DNA of 63,772 nt, counting the filler, from Stramenopiles sp. TOSAG23-2 (Eukaryota): NCBI GenBank assembly GCA_900128395.1. It is 54 parts of 54 records of this genome, joined end to end, with 100 filler letters (N's around TTAATTAATTAA, not from the genome) between each part and the next. Parts side by side here need not be neighbours in the genome. Positions count along the whole stretch, not along the records: positions 48,560 to 49,638 come from LT653795.1; positions 49,739 to 50,817 come from LT653796.1; positions 50,918 to 51,996 come from LT653797.1; positions 52,097 to 53,174 come from LT653798.1; positions 53,275 to 54,352 come from LT653799.1; positions 54,453 to 55,530 come from LT653800.1; positions 55,631 to 56,708 come from LT653801.1; positions 56,809 to 57,886 come from LT653802.1; 46 more parts are not named here. One strand, written 5' to 3'. A program made the position numbers and the translations under genes. Under the pieces are notes generated by a model, which had not been told where the DNA came from, ran no database searches, and was given only the letters and a program-made list of their open reading frames with translations. Within the stretch, counting starts at the first letter, position 1. Every line of letters begins with the position of its first letter. Positions 48,560 to 61,902 of this stretch are shown here, in pieces.

Positions 48560-49638
48560 CATACTAAAAAAGTTGAAGAAAAAATATATGTACAGTCATC
48601 TGAAAAGAACGCAAGAACAATTATTTCAGGTGGTGTAAAAATTAATTCAACATGGGAAAAAGTTTTGTCATCAAAATACACTACAACAACATTGTGGAAA
48701 GCTACGTTACCATCAAACATGAATCTATCTATTTCATCTCGTTTACAAGCTTGGCGCGGAGAGACAAGATTACAAGTTGCAAAATCACCGCTGTATCAAT
48801 ATAATAATGTAACATCGAAATCGTTGAATTATGCAAATGGACAAATATTATCAAAATATTATGATCAAAATAATGTTTTACTAGTTATGTATGAGTCATG
48901 GACAGCATCTTTGCATCGAATCGCAAACATTGATCCGTTAAATAGTTCATTGTCATTTCAAACAGCTTTTAATTCACAATGGGCAAATCAAGCATCTGGA
49001 CGTCGATATTATGTAATGAATGCGAAAGAATTGTTAGATGAAGTTGGTGAATTTTATATTGATGTATTGACGGAAGAAATATATCTAGTTTTAAATGCAA
49101 CTGAGAATCCGAATGATGATGGCAATGATGTAACTATTGGACAACATGTTACACTACTTAACATTCAAGGGGAAAACAGCAATTTGATAGTAAAAAATAT
49201 TCATTTCAATGGCATTGAATTTGCACATACAAGTGTTGAAACGATGTTATGTCTATCTACAAGCTGCGATGGACAATCTGCTTCGTTTTTAACTACTGCA
49301 TTATTTCATACTCGATTTACTAAAAATATTATTATTGACAATTGCACATTTAGGAATACGGGTGGTTATGCTGTATGGTTTGATCGTGGCTCTATTGATA
49401 ATATTTTATCGAATAATAATTTAATCGATCTAGGTGCAGGTGCCGTACGTATTGGAGAACCAGCTGTCAATGTTGATCTTGCAGATGGCAATAAAATAAT
49501 AAATAATGTCATGAATAATGGTGGTCAAATATATCAAATGGGTGCAGGCGTCTTGTGTCAACATTCAAAAAATATTTTAATCTCCCACAATGAAATAGCA
49601 TATTTTAGATATACGGGTGTTTCAACAGGGTGGACTTG
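48560..49638 (+). CDS. Right-handed beta-helix glycoside hydrolase (GH141-like), partial
   Basis: RYYVMNAKELLDEVGEFY..GGYAVWF..DLGAGAVRIG..ISHNEIAYFRYTGVSTGWT. Confidence 0.75.
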
Positions 49639-49843
49639 NNNNNNNNNNNNNNNNNNNNNNNNNNNNNNNNNNNNNNNNNNNNTTAATTAATTAANNNNNN
49701 NNNNNNNNNNNNNNNNNNNNNNNNNNNNNNNNNNNNNNAATAAATAAATTGATAGATAAATAGATAGAAAATATTGATTCACGTCGGTAAGAAAGGTAGA
49801 CAATGGAAGGATATGTAGATTATCATCGATCGCCAAATGCAAC

Positions 49844-50817
49844 TTATTGTACAATACAACAATATAATGATAGATTTGGTACTTCAATACCAGAAAATGA
49901 ATCGACAGAGTTTTCATCATACACAAGACTGCCATTTGCACCGTTTTTCGAAAGACGCCATTCCTGCACTAATCTTTTCTTTTTCTCTATACGACATTCA
50001 TGTACACAATGCCATTTCCAATGACTTCGAATTTGCTCGATAGTCATAGTTGGCAAATGTTCTGCTACTGAATGCAACATATCCGTTACCCTGCCTTCTA
50101 AACCTCGCGATAGCAATGGCATTTCCTCTTCCTCACCTTTCGACTTTTCAACTATCCATTGTACCACAGTGCGCAATTGGTATTTCGATAAAATACGAAG
50201 AAACAAAGCATGATCACGTGCTGTCCATCCACCAGTTGCTTTACCATCATTATCTATTTTACGTTCAATATTTATTAATTCAATTGGACGCTTGTCATTT
50301 GAACGTATACTTCTGACAGTCTTATCCTTCACAGGCGTTTTAAATTTTCTAGCTTTTTTGGCAGACGATGCTACAACGATTTCATCCCATATACGCTCAC
50401 GATTACGATCCGCATCTACCCATACTTCAAAGCGTTTATTGTAATTAAAAATTTCTTTATCGAGTGTAGTTTCTTGATTTGATAGCTCGTTATATTCAAC
50501 TCGTTGGGATCTTTTGAAAAGATCAATATCACCTTCTAACTTATCAAATGCATTGTGCAAGTTGCTAATTTCGTAATTACCACGACCATATGCATCTCCA
50601 GTAATAATATCAATTTGCTTCTTTAAATGTAATTGAGATTGTTGTAGCCTGCTTAACTTATCAACCAATTTATTTTTAATTTCTTTTCGTTTAAAAACAA
50701 GTTTTTGCCTGTCGCTAGCTAAAGAGGATGTTATTTCTTTCATATTTTGCACAGATGTTGTAAAGAACCTATTTTTCAAATCACGTTCGAATGCTTGAAA
50801 TCTATGACGTAATTTAG
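49844..50817 (-). CDS. CCDC112-like coiled-coil protein (partial)
   Basis: GGWTARDHALFLRI..EQIRSHWKW..KKKRLVQEWR; the 3' end looks prematurely cut. Confidence 0.65.
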
Positions 50818-50917
50818 NNNNNNNNNNNNNNNNNNNNNNNNNNNNNNNNNNNNNNNNNNNNTTAATTAATTAANNNNNNNNNNNNNNNNNNNNNNNNNNN
50901 NNNNNNNNNNNNNNNNN

Positions 50918-51518
50918 GTACACAGCCTGCCGTGGCTTTCGTACCACCGCCTATTCTTTTCAAACGGAAGTTATTCATTGAGTTTAATACTTTAGGTTGA
51001 TTATTTTTCAACATGTGATGAGCTCGAAGATAGTTGTCTGATGGTTGGGGTTGTTCATTATTGACGGGTAATCGATCTTTAATTTGTAATAACGACATTG
51101 ATCTTTTCTTGTGTATTTTGTTTAATATTTTATTATGTACATTCTTTAAAATTGGCGAGTTTAAAAGTTTTGGTATTTTTTTATGTACATTTTTTAGACT
51201 CTGAGCAATTGCTTTTGCTAATATTTTTGCATTAATTTTTTTATTATATTCATTAATTCTTTTATTGTAGTTACCGCTTGGAACATTATTGTTGCTGTTA
51301 ATATTTTTAGAAGGAAGAATCAATCTACTTAAACATTTTTTCAATACTTTTGTACCAAATAGATGTTGTTGTATATACTGCTGAATGGTATGTTTTTTTA
51401 ATAAAAGCAGTTGTTGTTGCTTAATTCTTTCACTATCAAAAGTATTGACAGAATTACAAAAATGTATACAACAAATAAACAATAAAAATAGTAATGCTAC
51501 CAATATATTGCTTCGCAT
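50918..51518 (-). CDS. Putative secreted protein, N-terminus
   Basis: MRSNILVALLFLLFICCIHFCNS signal peptide; open to the contig edge. Confidence 0.5.
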
Positions 51519-52096
51519 ATTGTATCTGGGTATACTATTTAGTTGAAAACACAATTAAAACAATATTTTCTATTTAACAAAAAAAGCGATTGTTACATGT
51601 TTTATAATATATGTATTTGTCTATTTATAATTTCATTTTTTGGAAGTATAATATTGTTATTACTATTAATTATACAGTAATATACAAAAAAAAGTCTATT
51701 AAAAAAAGTCTGAGCGAAATTAGCATGTAAACAGTATAGGTACAATATTGTGTATAAAAATATAGAATTATTAAAAATATAATATATATATAATATTTTT
51801 ATCAAATTATAAATTTTACTCTCCAACAATTTCATCTTTTTATATATATATTTAAACCTGTTTCTTTTTTTATAGAGATTGTATACATATATATATGTAT
51901 ATATATTAGTGTATTCATCTTCTATTAATTAAAAAGAGCCCACATTTTCTTATCTACTTTATCCACTGTACCATCTTTTTTCAATTCTCCAGCATANNNN
52001 NNNNNNNNNNNNNNNNNNNNNNNNNNNNNNNNNNNNNNNNTTAATTAATTAANNNNNNNNNNNNNNNNNNNNNNNNNNNNNNNNNNNNNNNNNNNN

Positions 52097-53124
52097 ATTG
52101 GCATTGGATTTTTAAACTTTTGAAGATATTCGTCTTGTCCTTCACGTGCTTTCCCAATATCATTGCTTATGTTTATATCAAATTTTTCTTCCTTTTCAGA
52201 AAAAGGTAAACTGTTTATTTTCTTCTTTTGCCTTTTATCAATTGTATTACTCTTCATCTGCTTCTCATTAGCCCCCGCAGCGTTATTGGTGTTCTGCTCC
52301 CTATTCTTGTTGTTTGTACTAGGAATATCGTGAAAATCATCAAAGTCTTCATCCATCCAATTATCTTCAAAAGATGTCTTTTTTTTAGGCTTCCCATCAT
52401 TTCCTCGTCTTTCCTTCTGCTGTTGTAATGATTTCTTCTTTTCATCTATTTCCATTTGTAACCCGTCGTAAATATCATCATATAATCCTTTAAAGTTTAA
52501 CATGTTTAAATATAATTTCGTCCTTTCTGAATGTTGTACTTGATAAGTTTTTTGACCCAACGAGCTACGTCGTTGCACACTATTACGAAACAGTTTTGCT
52601 GGATCAACAAATTGATTTACTTTTCCATGCTGTGAATTTGTCAAGTTAAAACCCCAAGTAGTTTCAAACTTATGCTTTTGACTATTTGATGCCATCCATG
52701 CATCATTATCATTATTCTTGCGACCATTTTTATTGATTTTTTTATCTTTCTTTGCCGCACCACCGACTCGAGAGGGGCTAAAAAGGCTTATCTCCATCGA
52801 CTGTTCAACACACTCAGGTTGAGAGTCCTCTGGTAACATTAAAGGATTATGATTGTAAAGCATGAAGGAAGAGCTTCCTCGTAGTAAAAGTGATTTGATT
52901 TTTTCACTTTTCTGAGTTGCCATTTTCTGCTTCTTTTTGTCATCTTCTGTCATTAAAACGACGATTCGACCCGACCGTTTCCTACCAGTCCGTCCAAATC
53001 GTTGAACCATACGAGTTGGTGATCCTACTGCATCAAATGATATAATCAAATCAACAGACCCAATATCCAAACCTTCCTCCCCGATACTAGTACATACTAG
53101 AACATTCAGTTTGCCATCTCGAAA
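52097..53124 (-). CDS. FANCM: FANCM/Mph1 helicase, C-terminal helicase domain
   Basis: NVLVCTSIGEEGLDIGSVDLIISFDA..SPTRMVQRFGRTGRKRSGRIVVL. Confidence 0.9.
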
Positions 53125-53275
53125 TTATATTTAAACATGTTAAACTTTAAAGGATTATATGATGATATTTACGANNNNNNNNNNNNNNNNNNNNNNNNNN
53201 NNNNNNNNNNNNNNNNNNTTAATTAATTAANNNNNNNNNNNNNNNNNNNNNNNNNNNNNNNNNNNNNNNNNNNNT

Positions 53276-54145
53276 TTATCCTCGATCGTGAAAAATTTAT
53301 TAAAAGGGTTTGAAGATGTACACTATGAATGTAAAGTTTCTGGTATATCTAAAGTTGAAAATGAAGATAAAACTGCTTTTCAATGGAAAGTTGATCATAA
53401 TAAGATGGACAATAATAATAATGATAATAATAATAATAATAATAATAATTTTGATGCAGTCGTGTTAACAATACCGACGCATCAAATATTAGAATTGAAT
53501 GGTGATTTTCAAAATATTTTATCATCGACTAGTATTGAAAATAATAACAAAAATAGTAATAGCAATAGTGATAGCATATCCGATAAATTAAAACAAGTGA
53601 ATTATTCTAGTCGTTGGGCATTAGGATTATATTATCCATCCGAAGCATGGAATGCAGTTGAATCTGTACCATGGGTTGGTAGATATACACAAGAAGAAGA
53701 CGATGCAATTGTATGGGTATCATTGGAATCAAAAAAGCGTGGATCCAAAAATTTTATCGAGGAAGATAAAAATAATGGAGTTGGTCCTGTTGTAGTGGTA
53801 CATGGTGGAGTTCCATGGAGTTTGGAACATTTTGAAGATGCACGTGAAGATGTGATGGAAGCAATGAAAACACATATGGAAAAGTTTGTTCCTGGTATTA
53901 ACAAATATACACCGATTGATAGCAAATTGATACGATGGAAATATTCACAAGTACGACCTGGTACAACAGTTGGGAGGAATAAAGAGGAAGCTGCTATATT
54001 AATTCAAAACGAAGACTACCCACCATTAATATTAGCTGGTGATGGAATTGGTGGTAGTAATTTTGAGAATTGTGTAAGAAGTGGAATGGTAGCATCAAAT
54101 TTAGTTCGTTCTCTTTTCGAAAATGATAGCTCATCAAAAATTTAA
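53276..54145 (+). CDS. Renalase-like FAD-dependent oxidoreductase, C-terminal part
   Basis: FDAVVLTIP..VNYSSRWALGLYY..RWKYSQV..LILAGDG..SNFENCVRSG. Confidence 0.85.
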   Translation, partial: LSSIVKNLLKGFEDVHYECKVSGISKVENEDKTAFQWKVDHNKMDNNNNDNNNNNNNNFDAVVLTIPTHQILELNGDFQNILSSTSIENNNKNSNSNSDSISDKLKQVNYSSRWALGLYYPSEAWNAVESVPWVGRYTQEEDDAIVWVSLESKKRGSKNFIEEDKNNGVGPVVVVHGGVPWSLEHFEDAREDVMEAMKTHMEKFVPGINKYTPIDSKLIRWKYSQVRPGTTVGRNKEEAAILIQNEDYPPLILAGDGIGGSNFENCVRSGMVASNLVRSLFENDSSSKI

Positions 54146-54452
54146 AAAAAACATAATATATAAAGAATTCTCTTACTTAAAATTTATATAGAGGAGTGCC
54201 GTATATATGTATCATATTCGTACGTCGTGTGTAATTACATCATACGCGTACGAATCTCAAATAAAAATAAAATATACGCTTCGTAATATATAAAATTATA
54301 AAAATAATCTCTGGAGAATTTTTTTATATATATTTTTTTTTTTTTTTTTTTTNNNNNNNNNNNNNNNNNNNNNNNNNNNNNNNNNNNNNNNNNNNNTTAA
54401 TTAATTAANNNNNNNNNNNNNNNNNNNNNNNNNNNNNNNNNNNNNNNNNNNN

Positions 54453-55152
54453 GATTGTCTAGTATCACTGCCGATACTGGTAAATTGTCTGACGTTTTAG
54501 ATTTTTTATTTGCACCATCCAAATTGCTGCTATTTGTTGTAGTATCAGCTGATGAGGAGGATATCGTAGATGTGATAGCTTTGTCACCAACATTGCTTTG
54601 ACGGTTACCTTTTTTGTGACGTTTATTCTTACTTCCTTTTACATCATCATCAAATGTTGGTTTCATTTTTGGTGGCTTTGATAGAACAGATGTATCTAAT
54701 AAAGGTTTAAATTTCTTTTTCGAAGGCAAATATTCCAAACAACAACTATATACCGGTCGAGATGGATTGCTTGATTTTGACGCTGGGGAACCGTCTGGGT
54801 ATACATACACGCGTTGCATGATCGTTTTCACATCGTTTTCATCTTCATCTCTTGAAAAGAACACTTCATTTTCACCAAATTCATGCCTTTCGTCGCGATT
54901 CTGATTTGAATGGAGATGCGTATCTTCCGTTCGAAACAACCAACGTACACGCATTAATTCTTGAGACCCTACTTTATAAAAGGATCGAATCAATCCAATA
55001 TATGGCTTAGCGTCGTTTGATTCCATATCAGATTTCAAATGTACAAAATTCCCTACGGAATAGATATATGGTCCAATCATGATCTCCTTGTAATACTCTT
55101 TCTGACCTTTCTTCGTGATGACTTTCCCAAGAAACTTAACGTACGATGACAT
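54453..55152 (-). CDS. BAH-domain protein, N-terminus
   Basis: YSVGNFVHL..PYIGLIRSF..MRVRWLFRTEDT..NEVFFS..DENDVKTIMQRVYV. Confidence 0.85.
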
Positions 55153-55685
55153 GATTGTTTAATATATGTATATGTATATTATTATTATTTCTTAGTTAGC
55201 CAAGATACTATAATATAATATATATTTATAATGTTGAAGATGATGATGTTGTTTTATAAAACAATAATACGTCAAAGGTATAATTATATAATATTAATAA
55301 TATTCTTTGATACGTCGTACTATTTCTTTTTAATTGATATTATTAAGTAATAAAGAAATGTTAGTTATATAAGATAAATGTGTTTTCATTAATCTAATAC
55401 ATGTATATATGTATGTCTATCTATATGTTTATAATGTTATAAATGTGTACATGTATACCATTGTTATTCATTTTAATTTATTTACAGTATAAGTTTTTGA
55501 TTGATGCCCATGCTATGTCCATGCTATTTGNNNNNNNNNNNNNNNNNNNNNNNNNNNNNNNNNNNNNNNNNNNNTTAATTAATTAANNNNNNNNNNNNNN
55601 NNNNNNNNNNNNNNNNNNNNNNNNNNNNNNTCATCGTCATTACTGTTATTCATGTCTTCATCGTCGTCAATCATCAATTAGAAAA

Positions 55686-56708
55686 ATGAACGGTAAAGAT
55701 GGCGCGGATGCCCTGCATGGACATGGTAGACCAAATCGAAAATTAAAATCGAAAAAAGACGCATTATTAGCTTCTAATGGAAAATTTTGTTTCTTTTGTG
55801 AACAGAAATATTTACAAGGGGATATCATGCCATTAGCCAAAGTTGGTGGTAGCCCTAAACGGGTGCAACGGCGTAAGAAAGACGCTGCAAATGTGATGAA
55901 AAATGCACATAATAATGATGGTGGTGGATATGATAAGCCACAACTTTTTGAAAGAAAAGTTGAAAGTTTTGGGTATAATATGACGGAACGCATGATGATA
56001 GACACAATTAAAGTACTAAATCGTCGTGGAATCAATCCATTTTGCTTCTCCTTGAATTTGCGCAGATTAGCAAGCACAACTGGGGCTATAGGTGAAGTCG
56101 ATAAACATACAGGGGTAAAAGCAAAGGTGGGTGAAAGTTCTGATATGCATAAAGTATGTCGTCCATGTTTTGAAATTCATAATTCCCAACGTTCGCTAGT
56201 GGCATTGAGTAGGCAATTTGCATTGGCCTTAGGTGTGCCTCGCCTTCCACTATCTTTATTACCTGGGCATCATCCTGATTCAGAAAAAATAAGCTCTGGG
56301 GATGCGTATTATGATACAATGATGCAGAAATACTCCATATTGTGTGGACCCGGTAAGAACAACAAAGCTAGCAAGCGTATTGGAGAAGGTGCTGTAAGTG
56401 CGCCACCAACATACAGTGCATATGCAAGACCAATGGGTATGCCACCACCGCCGCCGAATAGCTTAAAACCTGGGAATTTAGATTGGGTTGAAGTTCATCA
56501 AGGACCACGCGATGCGAAACAATATCGCATTGTATTTTTTTGGCATGAAATGGAAGATGTTTTGCCGCGTAAAATGCCAAAAGTTCATGCAGAATTACAA
56601 TACAAATTAGTTGAACATGTGCATCGTATCAAGGTAGATCTAAATGCCAGAGGTACAGAGGGATATGCAGAAGATTGCATCCCGTTGAAACAACTTCGTA
56701 TAAATTAT
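55686..56708 (+). CDS. Unknown protein with spaced CxxC pairs (partial)
   Basis: About 340 open codons; CFFCE...KVCRPCF. Confidence 0.6.
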
Positions 56709-56808
56709 NNNNNNNNNNNNNNNNNNNNNNNNNNNNNNNNNNNNNNNNNNNNTTAATTAATTAANNNNNNNNNNNNNNNNNNNNNNNNNNNNNNNNNNNN
56801 NNNNNNNN

Positions 56809-57886
56809 TGGTCTTAAACTTTCATCGTTGAATTTTACCAAGTCAAATAATCGTGGCACTTGCTCCGGTGTTCTACATTCTTTTTCATATGACTTTTTTA
56901 AATATCCCAATTTTTCCAATACGATAAATGTACTACGGCCAAGCTTTTTTTTTCTTAAAAAATCAACACACTTAGTTGCACCTTTGGCAGTTCGAGAGAC
57001 TAAATAATCCAATGCACCACATGCAGTTGAGATAGCAACGTCGTATTTCTTATCAATTGCACCCAAGTCCCCCAAACGGCCTAATAGCCCTGAATTTGCT
57101 AATGGGCCTCCAGGTTGCTGTGCATCACTTAACGCTTTTGCTAACCCTTGCTTCGTATTTGCACTGTGCATTTGAGCCCTGTATTCTTCCATTTTAACAC
57201 GCGCTTTTCGTGCCGCGTCTTGAGCTTTTTTTTCCTCGTCCTCTGCCTCACCTTTTTCCATTTCAGCTTCTTCTAAACGATCAGCTGCTTTTGTTCTCTC
57301 CTTGGTCAAACGTTTGATGGTATCTGCATGGCCTTCTTTAGTAGTAATAGCCTTGCGCAATGCTGCATTGGCCTCCACATTGCGTTGGCGTGCGGTGCGT
57401 ACACGATCTTTCACCATTTTAATCTCAGCTGCAGATTCATCATATAGAGCCTTTAATTCATTTGCATTTTCAACAATTGGTTTCATTTCAACTCTTTTGT
57501 CTTCCAGTTGAGATCGTAATTTCTCCGTCTCCTCTTTCACTTCCGCTTGTACAATTTCCATTTGAGCCATTGCTTTTTCATGTGCCTCACCAGCATTTTC
57601 TAATTTTGCAATTAATTTTGGCTTTTCACTTTTTAATTGTTCGATTTTTTCAACATTGTCATTGACGGTTTTCTCCGCTCTTTGTATTGAAACTAATATT
57701 TTTTTCAAAGTACTTTTTTGATGTTTCAAGTCTTCACGAAATTTAATATCTTTGCGTTCAAATGCTGCATATTCTTTTTTTGCATTTTTCAATTCAATTT
57801 CCAATACTTCATCCTCCTTGGTTGTTACAGATAATTCTTTTTCCATTTTATCACAAGTTTCAATTAATTCTTCCATTTTCTTATTT
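56809..57886 (-). CDS. SMC4: Condensin subunit SMC4, coiled coil and hinge
   Basis: GRLGDLGAIDKKYDVAISTACGALDYLV..LGRSTFIVL..PRLFDLVK. Confidence 0.95.
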
Positions 57887-58623
57887 NNNNNNNNNNNNNN
57901 NNNNNNNNNNNNNNNNNNNNNNNNNNNNNNTTAATTAATTAANNNNNNNNNNNNNNNNNNNNNNNNNNNNNNNNNNNNNNNNNNNNCAAAAAATCGAAGA
58001 AGTAGATGATATAAGTGATGATATTAGTGATATAATTGCTGAATTTGAAGAGAAACATAATGTATCATTAAGTCACAATACACATATGTTGTAAGATTTT
58101 GAATATGTATATGTATTCGTACACTATATTTCTATTTATCTAAATCTGTGCAAGCATCGATAATCAATTATTTTATACCTCTGTTATCGGTATTTCAGCA
58201 GAGAGAAGATTTCAGGTATATATAGGAGGTTGCTATAATTTTATTAATATTATTATATACTGTGTGATGATATTAATTAATAGCTGGATGGATAGCTGGA
58301 TAGCCAGATAACTAATAGCATCGTGCAATAATATTTTGAGCAGTGGTAATGCACTATGCCACTATTATAATGGTTATTACGCAGGAAACCCCGGTGCTAT
58401 TCGTACATACAGTATAATACTTGTATTATTTAATACCTATCTATAGATAGGCGTATACACGCTCATTTCGCGGGAAAAATGTCCAAATCGATTTTCAATT
58501 GTTGTTTATTTGGTCTAATTTTATAAAATATTATTATATAAATAGCATTACACATCACTATTATTATTATTACAACAAATATCTTATTATAATTAATATT
58601 AAAAGTCTAGTCTAAATGTAATC

Positions 58624-58654
<31 letters not shown>

Positions 58655-58766
58655 TTAAAGTATTTCAAAAATATAGAATTACTTCATCTATACTACAAGT
58701 GAACAGAGAAAGAGATACTTAGACATAATTATATACGAATTTTGTAAACGGAGAGAAAGGAAACAA

Positions 58767-59054
58767 ATGTTACGATTATTACAAACGACGGAGGAAAAAA
58801 AAGATGGTGGTGCTACTACCTCTGATAATGATACTAATAATAATGGTGGAAGCAGACGTACAAGTAGACGTGCTGCATCGAAAAAAGTTAGTTACTCAGA
58901 GAAAGATGCTGATAAAGAGTTCAGAGAAAGATTACGTGAATCAAATTTAGCAGCCAAACAAGCAAAGAAGGAAAAGGCTATGAGAGCACGTGAAGCAAAA
59001 AAAAAAGCTTTAGAAGCTGCTAAGAAACAGCAAGCAGAAGAAGATAGTGCCTGA
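58767..59054 (+). CDS. Short charged low-complexity ORF
   Basis: ATG after an AT-rich leader; RRTSRRAASKKVSYSE. Confidence 0.4.
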   Translation: MLRLLQTTEEKKDGGATTSDNDTNNNGGSRRTSRRAASKKVSYSEKDADKEFRERLRESNLAAKQAKKEKAMRAREAKKKALEAAKKQQAEEDSA

Positions 59055-59164
59055 GTGCAGGAATNNNNNNNNNNNNNNNNNNNNNNNNNNNNNNNNNNNN
59101 NNNNNNNNTTAATTAATTAANNNNNNNNNNNNNNNNNNNNNNNNNNNNNNNNNNNNNNNNNNNN

Positions 59165-59354
59165 ACTAGTGACAATGGACGTGAAGAATGTATAATATGT
59201 GAAATACAATGACAAAAAACATATTGCTATACTCGTGATTTGTTGCCGCAAATTGTGTAAGAAACTGAAGCAAAAATATGGAAGAAGGCAATGCAGAACT
59301 TTATGTTCAAAATCAAAAGTATTGAGAAATTATAAAAATATGTTTGGTGCTTGA
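59165..59354 (+). pseudogene. Possible decayed C-terminal RING finger
   Basis: EECIICE then a stop; a shifted frame reads VICCRKLCKKL..C...C..KNMF. Confidence 0.3.
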
Positions 59355-59857
59355 AAAAAAAATTTCTTCTAGAGTGTTTTATATGTGTGTAGAAATATTT
59401 TAAAAAATAAACATATTATTTATAAAATTATTCTATAAAAGAATTAATAAATTCATTCAATGTGTTTAAAAAAAATTACACTATGTGGGTATATTATCGT
59501 GTATTTTGGTATTATATATATTAAGGTATTTTGAAATTGCTTTATCTATGCCTCCAGCCATCACCAGAAACTTCACAGCTACATAGCGGGGTGAGTACGA
59601 GGATACCACAGCCTTTTGCTTTTCACAAAAGAGTGCAAGCCCTGGCAAGCTGGCAAGCCAAGCCAGCAAGAGGCAAAAAAGAAACAATGCTATTATTAAT
59701 ATCCTGTACCTAATAGCTATTTCCTCGTATATATGGTTGTAATATAATATTATACCACCAGTGGTATGTTAATGTTCACATTTACATTGGTCACATACGA
59801 GTCTCGTAGCTACTTATACTATTGAATAAATACTTTAGATATATAGATTGTGTGGGA

Positions 59858-59900
59858 TGAAAGCCTGGAAAGCTAGAAAGCTGGAAAGCTGGAAAGCTGT
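59858..59900. repeat. 8-bp tandem repeat (GGAAAGCT), about 5 copies
   Basis: GAAAGCCTGGAAAGCTAGAAAGCTGGAAAGCTGGAAAGCTG. Confidence 0.85.
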
Positions 59901-60366
59901 GGAAAACCAACTTTAAAATTTATAAATTTTATTTCTAATATCGTTTTAATATTACTTATAAAGTACATTTTATCATTTAAAAAAAAAAATATCTGTCTGC
60001 TCCGGAACCCACGTAGAAACAAGCGAGTTCTAGTAGGCCAGTAGGCATACTTCGTAGCACCGTACAAACAGTATTGTCTTTTTACGAACGTGTACAAAAA
60101 TACATATATATATATATATTAATTTTACACACAAATTAAGGCACACACGCTACTTGTAATATATTCGCATCCCAATACTCAAAAACACAATTATACTTCC
60201 TAATATCGCGTAATCGTTTAACGTATGTTGAAAAATAATACNNNNNNNNNNNNNNNNNNNNNNNNNNNNNNNNNNNNNNNNNNNNTTAATTAATTAANNN
60301 NNNNNNNNNNNNNNNNNNNNNNNNNNNNNNNNNNNNNNNNNTATATATATATATATATATGCAGTC

Positions 60367-61392
60367 TCAACACGTACGTTTCACTCGTTTGTAACCAGTA
60401 ATATAATGAAATGCTTTTGATATAACATCTGATGCGCTACCTGGTGATACACCACCACCGCGTATGTAAATTGTCTCCCCGAATGCAACTTTAGATGCCC
60501 CATCAATAGCAACACCTTTTTTCACCTTTTTCTTATCAACTTTTTGCGCTTTGATTGCAGCGGCTCTTAGATAATCGCAAAAGACTTGCATTTGATGTGG
60601 TTTCACATCCCACGTTACATTAACCGATTCACAATATGCCACGCATTCCTCAGATGTTGGAATGTTATACAACATAAATTCTGCAGGTGGTTTTGGCTTT
60701 TTAGTTGTCTTTCGAGGTTTTCGTGTTTTTTTTGTAGTTGTTCCTGTAGTAGTTTTTCCACCGTCATCGTCGTCGTTGTTGCTGTTTTTTTTTGATTTCT
60801 TGATTTTAACTATAGTTGTTTTTTTATTGTTACTACTATTATTATTATTATTATTCTTTTTACGTTTATTATTTTTTTTCGTAGTTTGTGTTGCTACTTG
60901 TGTTTCTGGTACATCAACAATATCGTCATTGTAACGAATATTGTTCAATTCATCTTCATCTTTATCTTGTTGTGGATTATCAACGAAAATGTGTTGAAAG
61001 GCTATCTCACTAGATAATGCATGATGAGTACTACGTTTGTAATCTATTATCAACTCCTGCTCTTCTGCTTCTTCTTCTTCTATGATTGGATCTAAGTCGT
61101 CGTCATTAAAAGGTGTAAGAGGACTTAAATCATCAAAATCACTATAATCTGTCGTCGCCGATGAATAATTTGTATCACTACTGGATGAATCAATTTCACT
61201 GAATAGGTTTTTGTAAAATGGATCGTTTTTAAACTTTGTAGTACTTGGTTGGCTACTACTACTATTATTAATAACTATATCCTCATCTTCATTTAACGCA
61301 ATATTAATGTCAACATTTTGTTCATATACAAAGTCATCATCGGAATCACTTAGAAATGGATTCGATGCAGGTTCCGAGCGGTAATTCGACAT
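60367..61392 (-). CDS. Unknown protein with an acidic disordered N-terminus and a basic globular C-terminus
   Basis: 341-aa ORF with ATG and TGA and host-like poly-Asn/Thr tracts. Confidence 0.65.
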   Translation of the reverse strand: MSNYRSEPASNPFLSDSDDDFVYEQNVDINIALNEDEDIVINNSSSSQPSTTKFKNDPFYKNLFSEIDSSSSDTNYSSATTDYSDFDDLSPLTPFNDDDLDPIIEEEEAEEQELIIDYKRSTHHALSSEIAFQHIFVDNPQQDKDEDELNNIRYNDDIVDVPETQVATQTTKKNNKRKKNNNNNNSSNNKKTTIVKIKKSKKNSNNDDDDGGKTTTGTTTKKTRKPRKTTKKPKPPAEFMLYNIPTSEECVAYCESVNVTWDVKPHQMQVFCDYLRAAAIKAQKVDKKKVKKGVAIDGASKVAFGETIYIRGGGVSPGSASDVISKAFHYITGYKRVKRTC

Positions 61393-61538
61393 AGTAGTTA
61401 TTGTTGCTATTTACAAAANNNNNNNNNNNNNNNNNNNNNNNNNNNNNNNNNNNNNNNNNNNNTTAATTAATTAANNNNNNNNNNNNNNNNNNNNNNNNNN
61501 NNNNNNNNNNNNNNNNNNGATGATAAAGATCTACGTAC

Positions 61539-61871
61539 GTCCTCCTCTCGCTATAATTATATCATCAATAATAAATGTATGATGTGTATTTATGTTAGTA
61601 TTGTGGAATCGTCCAAATATGTAAACGTACGTGTATGTGTGTGTGTGTGTGTATATATGCATGCCGTATTCAAGCTGCAATAATTATTTCATCCATTGCA
61701 TGATCATTACTTACGTGGTGCACCACGACCTGCTGCTTTCCATTTATTTGTAAATTCATATTGTGTTAGTATTTCAATTTGTATGATTTTATGTAGTATG
61801 TATATAAAGAAATATGTAATTATGCAGAAGTAGATGATTAATTTCGTATGTATAAGATCCTTGGTACCATG

Positions 61872-61902
<31 letters not shown>

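Noticed and set aside
53120-53174. 55-bp inverted repeat with 52466-52520 as transposon ends
   Set aside because: It is an exact copy of FANCM coding sequence, exactly 55 bp long and at the contig end: the signature of an inverted amplification chimera.
60660-60730. HMG-box start in KKPKPPAEFMLY
   Set aside because: The following sequence does not fit the HMG helices.
61631-61674. A seventh microexon (AG..GTACGT bounded, minus strand)
   Set aside because: It is 44 nt, mostly microsatellite, begins with an in-frame TGA, and would leave a 40-nt intron without CTAAC.
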